From: a virus
DNA: 64,000 nucleotides
Virus record (IMG/VR): IMGVR_UViG_3300025151_000018
Span: 36,889 to 100,888 of that record
Direction: 5' to 3' (one strand)
Part shown: positions 38,792 to 48,513 of the stretch, in pieces
Numbering within the stretch: position 1 is the stretch's first letter
Layout: each line of letters starts with the position of its first letter
The notes under the pieces: generated by a model
The model's input: the letters and a program-made list of their open reading frames with translations, nothing else
Told to the model about the DNA's origin: nothing
Database searches by the model: none
Translations under genes and position numbers: made by a program

Positions 38792-40203
38792 ACATCAGCC
38801 CACCCTATGCGCTTAGTCCATTCCTTTCCATCAAGGACTACAATGTTATCCCTGTATTCTTTAGTGGCTTGCACCGCTAAAGCCAGCGCAATAACCATGT
38901 CATCATGCCGACCAAGAGATTCCATTTTCCCATTCGGAAGCATCGTGAACATAGACAACTCATTCAAAAGTGTATTCATGTGTCGGTGGGTTGCCCCATC
39001 GTCTTTGTATGGTATTATCAAATGCCGTTGCTCAAAATGTAATTGTAGTGTATGGATAACCGCCTCTTTTCTCATTCGGCTCATGGTAAATGGTTTGATA
39101 GGTAAATCGCTAATTTCCTTCAACACTTGATGAAACGCCTGTGCAAAGTTATTGGTTTCTAATTCAACAATAACAGGATTATACCGAGCGTTCAACTCAA
39201 TTATCTTATCAATTTGTGATGAGAAGTCCATACCTTTCTCATGGTGAACCCAAACAATTCGCTTATGTCGGTTTTCATCCATAGCAACTACCATCATACA
39301 GGTATAGTCGGCTTTTCTATCTGGGCTAATCGCTGGATCCCAACCGATGTAGTAATTGACATTCTCATCAACAGGTGGCTGAAACTCTAATGCGTATTCT
39401 GTATCTTTACAGGGGTCTGTCATTTCTTCTGGGAATAGACTTGACTCGCTCGCAATTGGCTTACACAGATATTCACGAGTAAATGCAATTGAAGTCATTT
39501 CACCCCTACGAGTTTGTAGTGCTTCTAACGACCATCTTTCAGGCCACAATGGTTTTCCTGTTGTTTCATTGATAGCAGGGTATTCTTTAACCCAATAACC
39601 TTTGAGTCCTTTTAACTCTTGATACAAATCAGTATATGAAAACGGTGTTCCTACAATAGCCAACTGTGCGGTGTGGTGCAATACAGGTAGCAAAGCAGTA
39701 TAGAACCAAGTAGCAATATGTGCCATTTGCGATTCCGCTTCACTTGAAAGAATATCGTCAAGCACTACAATGTCAGGGTGCGCCCCACGCACCGCTTTAC
39801 CAACTGACATAGCAGCAATAGATGATTTGTTTGTGAATTTGAATTTCTGTTTAGCCCACCCTCTTTTGGGCTTTAGGTGTTGAAGCGCAGGTGTTGTTTC
39901 AATCAACTCATTCATTTTACCCATGTGTTCAATGGACTGATGCTGACTGTGTGAAAAGAATAGGACTTCTGTGCCATCGTTGTAAGCCATTTTCCATAAT
40001 AGATAGACACGGTAAAATACAGATTTGCCGTGATCACGAGAAGCAATAACGCAAGTCTTTGTATTGTTTTGAGAAGCCTCATACCATTCCTTGTGAAAGT
40101 CGGCTAATTGAAATCCGCATATATCTTCAAAGAAGTATTTGAAATCCCTGCGACCCATCTCCCAATCAACTTGGGATGCTAAGGACAATACCGCTTCTGA
40201 CAA
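38788..40203 (-). CDS. terL: terminase large subunit
   Basis: Walker A SRDHGKS, Walker B VVLDD, GTP coupling motif, nuclease GWDPA and HDDMVIALALA. Confidence 0.95.
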   Translation of the reverse strand: MSEAVLSLASQVDWEMGRRDFKYFFEDICGFQLADFHKEWYEASQNNTKTCVIASRDHGKSVFYRVYLLWKMAYNDGTEVLFFSHSQHQSIEHMGKMNELIETTPALQHLKPKRGWAKQKFKFTNKSSIAAMSVGKAVRGAHPDIVVLDDILSSEAESQMAHIATWFYTALLPVLHHTAQLAIVGTPFSYTDLYQELKGLKGYWVKEYPAINETTGKPLWPERWSLEALQTRRGEMTSIAFTREYLCKPIASESSLFPEEMTDPCKDTEYALEFQPPVDENVNYYIGWDPAISPDRKADYTCMMVVAMDENRHKRIVWVHHEKGMDFSSQIDKIIELNARYNPVIVELETNNFAQAFHQVLKEISDLPIKPFTMSRMRKEAVIHTLQLHFEQRHLIIPYKDDGATHRHMNTLLNELSMFTMLPNGKMESLGRHDDMVIALALAVQATKEYRDNIVVLDGKEWTKRIGWADV

Positions 40204-41973
40204 TCAGACCACTTCCTCTCGCCAACCACTTGGCAAGAGGCTATAATCGGCATCTGCCTTTTGCTGACCTTTCATCTCCTTGATTAGACCTGCTGGTAAT
40301 AGCGATAAATTGGCGTTGTCAAAACTTTTCTGTCGTGCAAAGGTGTCGGCACTTGGTGGTTCATCTTCTGGGGGCCAAGGTGGTTTTTCCTTCATTTTAT
40401 CCCCATACATTCGCTTCAAGCGTTCCAACAAGTCTGGATCTCTCGGCATACCTGCGTTCATAGCAGGTGGGTCAGGGTTTCGTGATAAAACACCGTCAAG
40501 TGCGCCATCTTTTGGCAAGCGTGGGTTCATCTTTTCCATTCCGAAGTTGTCATGCACATCAAATGCGTGTGGATTGTGAAACGGATTAGCAAACGGATTC
40601 TTTACAACAGACCTTTGAAAATCAAACAAGTTTGTTTGTGGTTGCCCCCTTCGCTCATTCCTTTCCATCTGTCTTTTGTTAGCAGCAGCAACGGTTGCAT
40701 CTGGGTTTTGTTGAGGGTTTTGTGTCATTGCCATTTCAAGACCACTTGGTGGTGCTTGAGGCTTCATAGGCTTATACGGCAATCCCTGTGGTTGTGTTCG
40801 CATTGGCACACCGTCTGTTCGCCCTGCAAATGGGCTTGGTTGTTCTCGGAATTGACCTACTGAACCGCCCTTTGAACGGTTAGCAGTTGTTCCATAACCT
40901 TGCCCTGTCGGTGGAGTTTTCCCTGTTTGGTTATCAACGGGAACTCTCTCACCCCCTCTTACTGAACGGGGGTCGGAATAATTCACTTTACCATCTAATA
41001 CTGCGTTTGCATCGGATAGCGAACCATCATCAGTTTGTTTTGATTCGGCAGGTTTTCCTCTCGGTTGCGACATTGTTGGTGGTGCTTGTGCGCCAGAGTT
41101 ATCCAACACATTCATAGCATCACCGACATCCATTTGAGATGGTGCTACGGGGTTGTTTTGTAAAGCCGTTTGAGTTGGAGTTGGCTTACTTAGTGGTTGA
41201 AGGTCGGCTAAACGACCTCCCCTAACTCCCGCCCAAGGATCTGTATTAGGGTTGCTAACATTTTGATTGCGTGAAACAGGGTTGTGCGCCCCTACTCCTA
41301 ACGCTGCAAATGGGTCAGCAGGGGGTTGAGCAGGTGCTGGTGGTGTATAACCCGGTGCTACTCCTTCTGGTAATGGTGGAGGGTTAGGCCCTGTTTGTGG
41401 TGCTGGTGGTTGAGAAGGTGGTGCTTGCACCCCCGCATCTCCTGATTGACCCATAGCAGCAAAACCTGCATCAGCAGCACTTGGAGTTTCAGTTGGAGTT
41501 GGGTTTCGCAAAGCATCAACCCTTGCCCTTATGTCATCCATGTCAGTAGCACTTGGTCGCTTAGATGGCGGTGGGCCTGTTGGCCCTTTTGGTTTTGGAG
41601 GATTTGCTTCGGCCATTTCTTGAGTCAAATCTGGCTCACTTGCCCTTCTTTCACTATCCATCCGAGCGTTAGCCATTGCTTCGGTCTTTTTCCTTTCCCT
41701 TCGCTCTTTGGCTTTTTTGTTTCTTTGTTCTCTTCGCTCGGCTGCTCTGTTGCCAGCATCTTGAAGTGATTTTGGTTGTGAAGAACCGCTTTCCTTTTTA
41801 TTGCGGTTATCAGCATAGCCCTGCTTTAGACCGTCTTTGAAACCTTTTTGCATCTGATCCCAAACATACTCAAACACTACATCTGTCTGTGGTTCAGCAC
41901 GAAGCGTGTGCTTCCCAAGCATCTCTGCTCGTGCTTTAATCAAAAGGTCATCAAATCGGTCAGCCACCTTCAA
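40204..41973 (-). CDS. Pro/Gln-rich low-complexity protein, putative internal virion protein
   Basis: 589 aa, mostly disordered composition; VFEYVWDQMQK tag variant near the N-terminus. Confidence 0.6.
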   Translation of the reverse strand: MKVADRFDDLLIKARAEMLGKHTLRAEPQTDVVFEYVWDQMQKGFKDGLKQGYADNRNKKESGSSQPKSLQDAGNRAAERREQRNKKAKERRERKKTEAMANARMDSERRASEPDLTQEMAEANPPKPKGPTGPPPSKRPSATDMDDIRARVDALRNPTPTETPSAADAGFAAMGQSGDAGVQAPPSQPPAPQTGPNPPPLPEGVAPGYTPPAPAQPPADPFAALGVGAHNPVSRNQNVSNPNTDPWAGVRGGRLADLQPLSKPTPTQTALQNNPVAPSQMDVGDAMNVLDNSGAQAPPTMSQPRGKPAESKQTDDGSLSDANAVLDGKVNYSDPRSVRGGERVPVDNQTGKTPPTGQGYGTTANRSKGGSVGQFREQPSPFAGRTDGVPMRTQPQGLPYKPMKPQAPPSGLEMAMTQNPQQNPDATVAAANKRQMERNERRGQPQTNLFDFQRSVVKNPFANPFHNPHAFDVHDNFGMEKMNPRLPKDGALDGVLSRNPDPPAMNAGMPRDPDLLERLKRMYGDKMKEKPPWPPEDEPPSADTFARQKSFDNANLSLLPAGLIKEMKGQQKADADYSLLPSGWREEVV

Positions 41974-43535
41974 TACTCTCCTTCAAACTCTGCCATCATT
42001 GCTCGCAATTCTTCTTCATGTGCGTCAATACCTGTATAGAATGCACCTTCATCATCACCCCTGATATATCCAGCCATGTATGTATGTTCTGAATCAATGT
42101 TAGCCCATAATTCTCCATTAGCCTTGCGACCATATTTGCCGTCATCACTAATCATTACAAAATCATCAGCACCAATTTCCTCCATTACCTTTCTGTTGTG
42201 CATTTCTTCCTCTGATACATCATCTTCTGTTAAATCAAAAATTGTTGGCAATCCTTCAAGTGATTTATCGTTCTTTGATATTGATTTGCGAATGCCAATG
42301 TGTTCAATACTTGAGTAAATTCTGTCGGCTGACTCCTGTGCTGATTTGTATTGCATCATTGGGTTTCCACCCATTGCTCTCATGTTCATACGGTTTTGAG
42401 CCTGATCGAATTGTTGGTTTTGTTGTGCAACGCCACGATTCTTCAATGCTCGCATTCCCGCACCCGCTAAGTTGCTAAGACCGCCTGTTAATACACCACC
42501 CGCAATACTTGCACCTAACTGACCCATACCTTTCATACTGCCATCGGCATTTCGTAGCCAAGACTCTTTACCTTGCCTACCTTGTTGTAGTGTATTCATG
42601 TCTTGCATTGTTCCCAGATTTTGAGCCATTTGTTGCATTTGGTTATTACCACCCTGCATTTGGTTTTGTTGTGGTGCTTGACCTTGCGGTGCTTGACCTT
42701 GCGGTGCTTGACCTTGCGGTGGTGCTGGTGGTGGGTTTCCTCCGCCACCGCCCTGTGGGTTTGGTTGTGGTGGGTTTCCTCCGCCACCGCCCTGTGGGTT
42801 TGGTTGGATTCTTGGAGGCGTTTGATTAGGTAATGGGTTTTGATTTGCTGATGGTGGCGATTGTGTTCCCGCATTGCTTGTGCCACCTGTGCCACCTGTA
42901 TTACCTGTATTACCTGTATTACCTGTATTACCTGTATTACCTGTATTACCTGTATTACCTGTATTACCTGTGCTACCTGTATTACCTGTGCTACCTGTAT
43001 TACCTGTGCCACCTGTGCCACCTGTGCCACCTGTGCCACCTGTGCCACCTGTGTTATTCTGTGGGATTTGCGGAGGGGCTTGAGATGGTAATGCAGCATT
43101 AGCCCCTGTGGTGTTCCCTTGATGGGCGTTGGCGGGGTTTCCTCCCATGCCAGCAAATTGATTTTGCATACCTTCTCTTTGTTTTGTGTTGTGAACATTC
43201 ATCATAGAAGAAGCCAAAGAACCAGCAAAACCATGTTTTGTTCCTCGCCCACTTCCCGCACTTAACATTTTATTCCCTTGAGGATCCATTGCTATGTTTT
43301 GACTTTGCATTTGTTGCCTAAATGCTTGTTGTTGGTCTGGGGGCATTTGGTTGTATTGTTTTCCCGCTTTGTTTGCTTCCATTCTTGCTTTGCCAGCCTG
43401 TGTAAAGGGATTTCCTCTTGCCAAACCTGTTTGTTGGTTTGTTGTTAGCCAATTCTTTTCAATGTCTTGAGCCTGTTCTCTCTCCATAAGTAGCCTTTGT
43501 CGGGCAATTAGATCTGCACTAAACTCTTTCTTCAT
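41970..43535 (-). CDS. Gln/Gly/Asn-rich low-complexity protein with (TGx)n repeat
   Basis: Likely start MKKEFS (ATGA overlap at 43535); glycine-zipper-like LGASIAGGVLTGGLSNLAGAG. Confidence 0.65.
   Translation of the reverse strand: MKKEFSADLIARQRLLMEREQAQDIEKNWLTTNQQTGLARGNPFTQAGKARMEANKAGKQYNQMPPDQQQAFRQQMQSQNIAMDPQGNKMLSAGSGRGTKHGFAGSLASSMMNVHNTKQREGMQNQFAGMGGNPANAHQGNTTGANAALPSQAPPQIPQNNTGGTGGTGGTGGTGGTGNTGSTGNTGSTGNTGNTGNTGNTGNTGNTGNTGNTGGTGGTSNAGTQSPPSANQNPLPNQTPPRIQPNPQGGGGGNPPQPNPQGGGGGNPPPAPPQGQAPQGQAPQGQAPQQNQMQGGNNQMQQMAQNLGTMQDMNTLQQGRQGKESWLRNADGSMKGMGQLGASIAGGVLTGGLSNLAGAGMRALKNRGVAQQNQQFDQAQNRMNMRAMGGNPMMQYKSAQESADRIYSSIEHIGIRKSISKNDKSLEGLPTIFDLTEDDVSEEEMHNRKVMEEIGADDFVMISDDGKYGRKANGELWANIDSEHTYMAGYIRGDDEGAFYTGIDAHEEELRAMMAEFEGEY
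42670..42805. repeat. short coding tandem repeats (15-bp x3, APQGQ; ~39-bp x2, PNPQGGGGGNPP)
   Basis: GGTGCTTGACCTTGC repeated; GGTGGGTTTCCTCCGCCACCGCCCTGTGGGTTTGGTTG duplicated. Confidence 0.85.
42880..43053. repeat. 9-bp coding tandem repeat (~19 copies), Thr-Gly-(Gly/Asn/Ser)
   Basis: ACCTGTATT / ACCTGTGCC / ACCTGTGCT units directly visible. Confidence 0.95.
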
Positions 43536-45454
43536 TTGAAAACCACCTTTACCAATTGTATAACATCTAACGGAACATCCATTGATTTTGACATCTCTCT
43601 CCAATCACCCTTACTATTTAGTATTGCTACAACATCAGAAGCAGGTCTTTGGATTGAGCCAGCGACAAAAGCAATATCCATTGCTTTGTTAGGATTCATT
43701 GAAACATGAGGCAACATCTTTACCACCGCATCATTTTGGAGAGCCATTTGCATTTGGACTGACTCAAGTGCATTTTCCACTTCTTCACGAGTAAAAATGT
43801 TGGCTACTTTACCAGCCCCTGCACCGAGCGCATACCCTAATCTTTCCATAAGTCCTCTCCTATTCGGTGGTAATTCCTCGCCCGATTGTTGCAGGGGAGG
43901 ACTTTGCACTTGATTAGCATTTAGGTGTTGTGGTGGTTGTTGAGGTGGTATTTGTGGTGGTTGTGGCATAGACGGTATTCTTGGGGGAATTTGATTAGGT
44001 AATTGTTGTCTTTGTGGCACAGGTTGCTCTGGCTCTCTTTGTGGCACAGGTTCTGGTGGTGGTCGCTGAATAGGTGGCTGAACAGGTGGCAACGGTTGTT
44101 CTTGTGGTGGGTTTTCTGTAAATAATGGGTCTTGTGGTTGTGGTGCGGAAGGAGTTTGACCTTCGCCCCTGTGTAATTGCATTAGACCTTGTGCTAATTT
44201 CCACATACCATGCGCCCTGCCCGGACTCATAGCCAAAACATCTTCAAATGACGGTCTTTGATCTTCGGGTATTTTACCACCATATTCTTCACTTGCCATG
44301 AAATTATTGTAAATACCTCGCTGACCTGCTTGATTAGACCACCCTCCACCATGCCTATGTCTGTCATCTCTTGTATAGTTTCCAAGCCAACTCCTGTTGT
44401 TTTTTGGATTGATTGCCAAGCCACTATCTATTAGCCAATTCAAACCTTCATTGGGGTCAGGTGGTGTTTGTTGAGCATCAACCATTGCTTCGGCTTGGTC
44501 TTGCTCGGCAATATCTGGCGGTGCTTGTTGTTCCTCTCTTTCTCTAATCCCATACAAATGTGGGTTGTGAATAGGTTGTAAATTACCATCACCCATGTCA
44601 AGTGGTGCAGCACCAAAGTGTGGCATCTTATTTCTTAGTGTTCCATGTTGAACCCACGCTGCTTTGAATTGCTCTGGTGTTGTAAGTGGCTGACCCGAAT
44701 TAGCATAATGATCCATCATGTCTTTGATTGCTTGAAAGCCCTCATTATCAATATAGACAGAATTAGGGTGCAACCTGTGGCTTTCAATGTAATCTCTTGT
44801 GCTTTTACCACCACGCAATTCCTTCAATCCTTCGGAGTATGGCCTCGCCCATGATTCTGGGGTTTTATTGTGCTGATCACGATTGACTGTTCTCAATGCG
44901 TATGACTGTCCTGTTGGGTCAAGGAATTGAAACGGCTGATTTTTATCCATTCGCCCTGCTACTCCGTTTCTCCATTCATCGGTCAAATGACCGTCAGCAG
45001 AAAAAGCAAGAGGAATAGGAGTTGGTTGTTGTGGTGGTGCTTTGCCTTGTGAAAGGGCTTGATTGTATTTTTCAGTCCACTTCTCCATTTTCTTTTGATT
45101 AGTGATTTCAATTGCTTGGTTTATCCTCTGTGAACCTGCTTGTATCGCTCTCCTTGTTGCAGCGACATAGGCTTCTTCACCGTATGGGCCTTGTGGCCCT
45201 GACATAATAATGTCATAGTCTTGTTGAGATACCCCTGCTCTTTGTCCTTCATACAAAGCCTCCCACATGGCATCGGCTTCAACACCAACCATGTAGCCTC
45301 CGCCAATATCGTCATCGGATCTCGGCATACCACCGTATGAACCATCTTCTCTTGCCATTCCTAATAGACCATTGATTAGATTATCCCATTCGTAATGCCC
45401 TAATCCTTTTTGGATTATGAATTGATCAAGAACCGCCCAACCCGCAATACTCAT
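43532..45454 (-). CDS. hypothetical protein with Pro/Gln-rich linker (640 aa)
   Basis: Long ORF with ATGA overlaps on both sides; N-terminal GWAVLDQFIIQK. Confidence 0.65.
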   Translation of the reverse strand: MSIAGWAVLDQFIIQKGLGHYEWDNLINGLLGMAREDGSYGGMPRSDDDIGGGYMVGVEADAMWEALYEGQRAGVSQQDYDIIMSGPQGPYGEEAYVAATRRAIQAGSQRINQAIEITNQKKMEKWTEKYNQALSQGKAPPQQPTPIPLAFSADGHLTDEWRNGVAGRMDKNQPFQFLDPTGQSYALRTVNRDQHNKTPESWARPYSEGLKELRGGKSTRDYIESHRLHPNSVYIDNEGFQAIKDMMDHYANSGQPLTTPEQFKAAWVQHGTLRNKMPHFGAAPLDMGDGNLQPIHNPHLYGIREREEQQAPPDIAEQDQAEAMVDAQQTPPDPNEGLNWLIDSGLAINPKNNRSWLGNYTRDDRHRHGGGWSNQAGQRGIYNNFMASEEYGGKIPEDQRPSFEDVLAMSPGRAHGMWKLAQGLMQLHRGEGQTPSAPQPQDPLFTENPPQEQPLPPVQPPIQRPPPEPVPQREPEQPVPQRQQLPNQIPPRIPSMPQPPQIPPQQPPQHLNANQVQSPPLQQSGEELPPNRRGLMERLGYALGAGAGKVANIFTREEVENALESVQMQMALQNDAVVKMLPHVSMNPNKAMDIAFVAGSIQRPASDVVAILNSKGDWREMSKSMDVPLDVIQLVKVVFK

Positions 45455-47259
45455 CTCTTGGTCACCCCATACGCTACATCTCGGACTGTCGGATCCTCAA
45501 AGCGGTATCGGGCTTGCAAATCTTCATCAAGTTGCGTTCCAGCATTAGAGCCGGGTTCTGTTGCACCACCTGCGGGTGAACCTCGCTTTGCATTATCCCC
45601 TAACTCTGGATTGGCTTTTGTCAATTTCTCCACCGCTTGCAACAAACGCTTGAGATCTCTTTTCATTTCAAGCAATTCACCACGCTTTAATCCTTTAATG
45701 TCTTTACCAGACATTTGTAATGTTGCTCTTTTACTAATATCCATTTTAACAGTTAGAGGGTCGCCTCCTAACGGATCACCAGCCAACGATGCCTCTCTTG
45801 CAGCAGCCTTGTTTGGTTTGAATTGTGAAAGTGATGTTCCTTTTGGTGCGCCAGACGATGGCATCTTTGTTCCAATCGTTTGCACCTTTTGCCCTGTTAT
45901 ACCACGAGTATCAGCGTGGGCTGACTGACCTCTCGGTAGCGCACCCATTTGCCTTCGGAATTTTTCAGCAGCGAGTTTTCTTTGATATGCCACAGGATCA
46001 CGGATTCTTAGCGGAATACCTGCTGCTCTTGGATTACTTGAGAACATTCGTCTTGGTGAAAAAGCCTGTTCCTTTGGAGAGCGAGATACATTTTGCTCAA
46101 CATTCCCTGCTCGCCTTTTTGTTTTGCCTTTAATATCACGGCTCGCCTCTTGCTTTCCACGCTTCATGGTTCGCTTGCGCTTTCTCTTGCGCTTGGCTTT
46201 GGTTTTCTTTTCATCTTGCTCGGACTCTTCATCCTCTTCATATTTGCGACCACGCTTCTTGCGCTTTGCTTTTACAATGTCAGATAGGAATATAGTCGGT
46301 GGCATTTGAGATTTGTTGGCTTCTTGCCAATTCTGTGATATGTCTTTATCCCACCCAAACTCGCCAACTGTTGGGTCAAGGACATTGTATAACTCCGATG
46401 GATCGTCAGAGTATCTTTCATCATCCATAGGGAATGCTACGCCAATTCCTTCAACGATGCTATGCTTTGGTGTCATTACCAACGGTTTTAGATTCCCTTG
46501 TGGGTTTGCCAACATTTCAATTTCATCAGGAGTTGGCATAGCATCCTCTCCATGAACTCGTTTATAGCCCCTTAACGAGTCAGCAGTAAAGGATTGTGCA
46601 TCGGCAGTAGCCGACCAACGACCTTCTTCACCTGTTTCTGGGTTTGGCGGAATTTTTTTCACATTAGCCCCAACAAAGGGTTGAACAAAATAACCGGGCT
46701 TTTCCTCATTCATTTGATGGATTTGTTCTATTGCCATATTCTCTGCTCGCTCACGCAGGTAATCGCTTGGGTCTATATCATCGGGTGCAAAGTCCTTTAG
46801 CATAGACCACGCATCATCAAACGCCTCATTACTTCGGCTAAAAATCAAACCCGCCCCTTCTCTGCGAACAGGGCCTGTGTTAGCACCTTGTGATATTCCT
46901 ATACCATTAGAAGCATGACCCATATCCACGCCCATAGCGGATTCAAGCAATTCACTTTCCTGTTCCATAGCAGGGGTGCGGTTTAGCACTTCACCCATTT
47001 CCTCTGGGTTTAATGTGATATGAGGCAATTCACCCTCCATTTCCCGCAATGCTCTCTTTTTCCTTGCGATAGGATCTAACTGTTCTCGCCTTTCCTCTGT
47101 TTCAGCCGAATTGCGATTATGGTGTGATAACCCATCAGAGTCCTCGTTAGGATTGACATCGTAATCACCGACCATTTCTCTTGAACGGAAACCGCCTGTA
47201 AATTCTTGAATGCGTAATGCTTCTTCATTGACTCCCCTGCGGGGGTTTGCCATTGGCAT
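45451..47259 (-). CDS. hypothetical protein with acidic N-half, internal AFxxAW tag and basic C-half
   Basis: EAFDDAWSMLK; KAKRKKRGRK...KAKRKRKRKRTMKRGK. Confidence 0.65.
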   Translation of the reverse strand: MPMANPRRGVNEEALRIQEFTGGFRSREMVGDYDVNPNEDSDGLSHHNRNSAETEERREQLDPIARKKRALREMEGELPHITLNPEEMGEVLNRTPAMEQESELLESAMGVDMGHASNGIGISQGANTGPVRREGAGLIFSRSNEAFDDAWSMLKDFAPDDIDPSDYLRERAENMAIEQIHQMNEEKPGYFVQPFVGANVKKIPPNPETGEEGRWSATADAQSFTADSLRGYKRVHGEDAMPTPDEIEMLANPQGNLKPLVMTPKHSIVEGIGVAFPMDDERYSDDPSELYNVLDPTVGEFGWDKDISQNWQEANKSQMPPTIFLSDIVKAKRKKRGRKYEEDEESEQDEKKTKAKRKRKRKRTMKRGKQEASRDIKGKTKRRAGNVEQNVSRSPKEQAFSPRRMFSSNPRAAGIPLRIRDPVAYQRKLAAEKFRRQMGALPRGQSAHADTRGITGQKVQTIGTKMPSSGAPKGTSLSQFKPNKAAAREASLAGDPLGGDPLTVKMDISKRATLQMSGKDIKGLKRGELLEMKRDLKRLLQAVEKLTKANPELGDNAKRGSPAGGATEPGSNAGTQLDEDLQARYRFEDPTVRDVAYGVTKR

Positions 47260-47678
47260 TATCGCCCTCTCCTTAGACGGCTATATGTTCCCGCTACACG
47301 CATGGGGATAGATAGATACCATTGTGCTAACAACGGTGTCTTTGAATATGCACGAGCCAAAGGCAACATAGATGTTGTAAATAGAGCAAGGGTTTCTTGT
47401 GCCTCTTTCTCCGTTATCTCTGGTTGTCTTTGCATAAGATCTAAGAATAGCATTCTAATGCAAATGATTTGCCCGTATGCTTCTCCCGATGCTTCGTCTT
47501 GTGTTGTTAAATTGAAAGCCTCCATCCCCTCTTTCCATACTTTCACCATTTCTTCAAGGGCATCACACATTTGTAATGCTTCTTGGATTGAATAAATTGT
47601 ATAACCGCCATGCAATATATTGCCATATTCTGTGTCTTTGAGCATCAAAGACGGAATAGTGCGGTAGTCATCAGTCAT
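47259..47678 (-). CDS. hypothetical protein
   Basis: 139-aa helical ORF overlapping both neighbours. Confidence 0.6.
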   Translation of the reverse strand: MTDDYRTIPSLMLKDTEYGNILHGGYTIYSIQEALQMCDALEEMVKVWKEGMEAFNLTTQDEASGEAYGQIICIRMLFLDLMQRQPEITEKEAQETLALFTTSMLPLARAYSKTPLLAQWYLSIPMRVAGTYSRLRRGR

Positions 47679-48085
47679 CTATCGCACCCTGCTTTACATT
47701 TAGGCCAACCTTCTCTTTGCACCAAAGCCCCAAAAGTAGGGCCACCACAATTTGGGCAAGGTGGCACTTTGCGGATTCCCCCACAATCATCACAAGAACC
47801 ACGCCTAACCCCTGATCCTTGCATACCACTACCACGACAATTAGGGCAAATTAACCAATCAGAACCAGCCCTTGCTTGCATTCGTTCCGACCATTCTCTA
47901 TCATTCTTCACCACAGACCAACCTATGTTGAATGCTTTAGAAACCCATTTTGCTTGGCGGTTGCACTTTGAGCAATCATCATCACCGCATCCACCCCCGC
48001 ATGAGGAACAGTCGCCTCTTCCACAATAAGAAAAATCATCTTTGTGGGATTCATCTTCACAGTTTGTTGTTGCACATTGACTCAT
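47675..48085 (-). CDS. Cys-rich protein with DnaJ-type CxxCxGxG motifs and internal tag
   Basis: CPNCRGSG, CDDCGG, CPNCGG; KAFNIGWSVVK. Confidence 0.6.
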   Translation of the reverse strand: MSQCATTNCEDESHKDDFSYCGRGDCSSCGGGCGDDDCSKCNRQAKWVSKAFNIGWSVVKNDREWSERMQARAGSDWLICPNCRGSGMQGSGVRRGSCDDCGGIRKVPPCPNCGGPTFGALVQREGWPKCKAGCDR

Positions 48086-48513
48086 TCTTTCATCTCCCTA
48101 AACCTGCGCTTCCATTGTTCTTCATTTTCTCTTTGAAGTTTTGCTTCATGAATCCTTCGCTCTCGCCTTAATGCCTCTTTCCTTGCGGATAGCGGATATG
48201 GCTCTCCACCAGCCGACCTATCCCAACTGTAAGGTTCTGGTCTTTCACCAGACATATCTTGATCGTGCCTATATCTAATGTCTATATCTGGAAAACTCCC
48301 TTTGTATTTGTGATAAGCGTCAGACATATCTCTTTCATTGCCTTCTTCATCAATGTAGCCTAATTGTTCAGGAACGACAACGCCATCCCATTTGCGCTGA
48401 CCGTAGCGAACCTTGTCGCCTTCAACCATTCGCTTGCCTTCCTCAACCTTTTCTCTTGGGCCGATAAACTCTTTGACTATCGCCCAACCTACTGCAAATG
48501 CTCTATTACTCAT
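48082..48513 (-). CDS. hypothetical protein with N-terminal AFxxGW tag
   Basis: MSNRAFAVGWAIVKE. Confidence 0.6.
   Translation of the reverse strand: MSNRAFAVGWAIVKEFIGPREKVEEGKRMVEGDKVRYGQRKWDGVVVPEQLGYIDEEGNERDMSDAYHKYKGSFPDIDIRYRHDQDMSGERPEPYSWDRSAGGEPYPLSARKEALRRERRIHEAKLQRENEEQWKRRFREMKE

Noticed and set aside
37217-40203. Intein or intron splitting the terminase
   Set aside because: TerL has both ATPase and nuclease motifs in one 471-aa ORF; no C...HN intein ends are seen around the LAGLIDADG-like domain.
42670-43053. Repeats as a CRISPR or mini-array
   Set aside because: Units are contiguous, multiples of 3 nt, inside a CDS and have no unique spacers.
42596-43198. Alternative-frame repeat ORFs (VAQ/VIQ, CIT, LYY, PVL repeats)
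   Set aside because: By-products of the stop-free 9-bp repeat; only the TGx frame belongs to a long gene.
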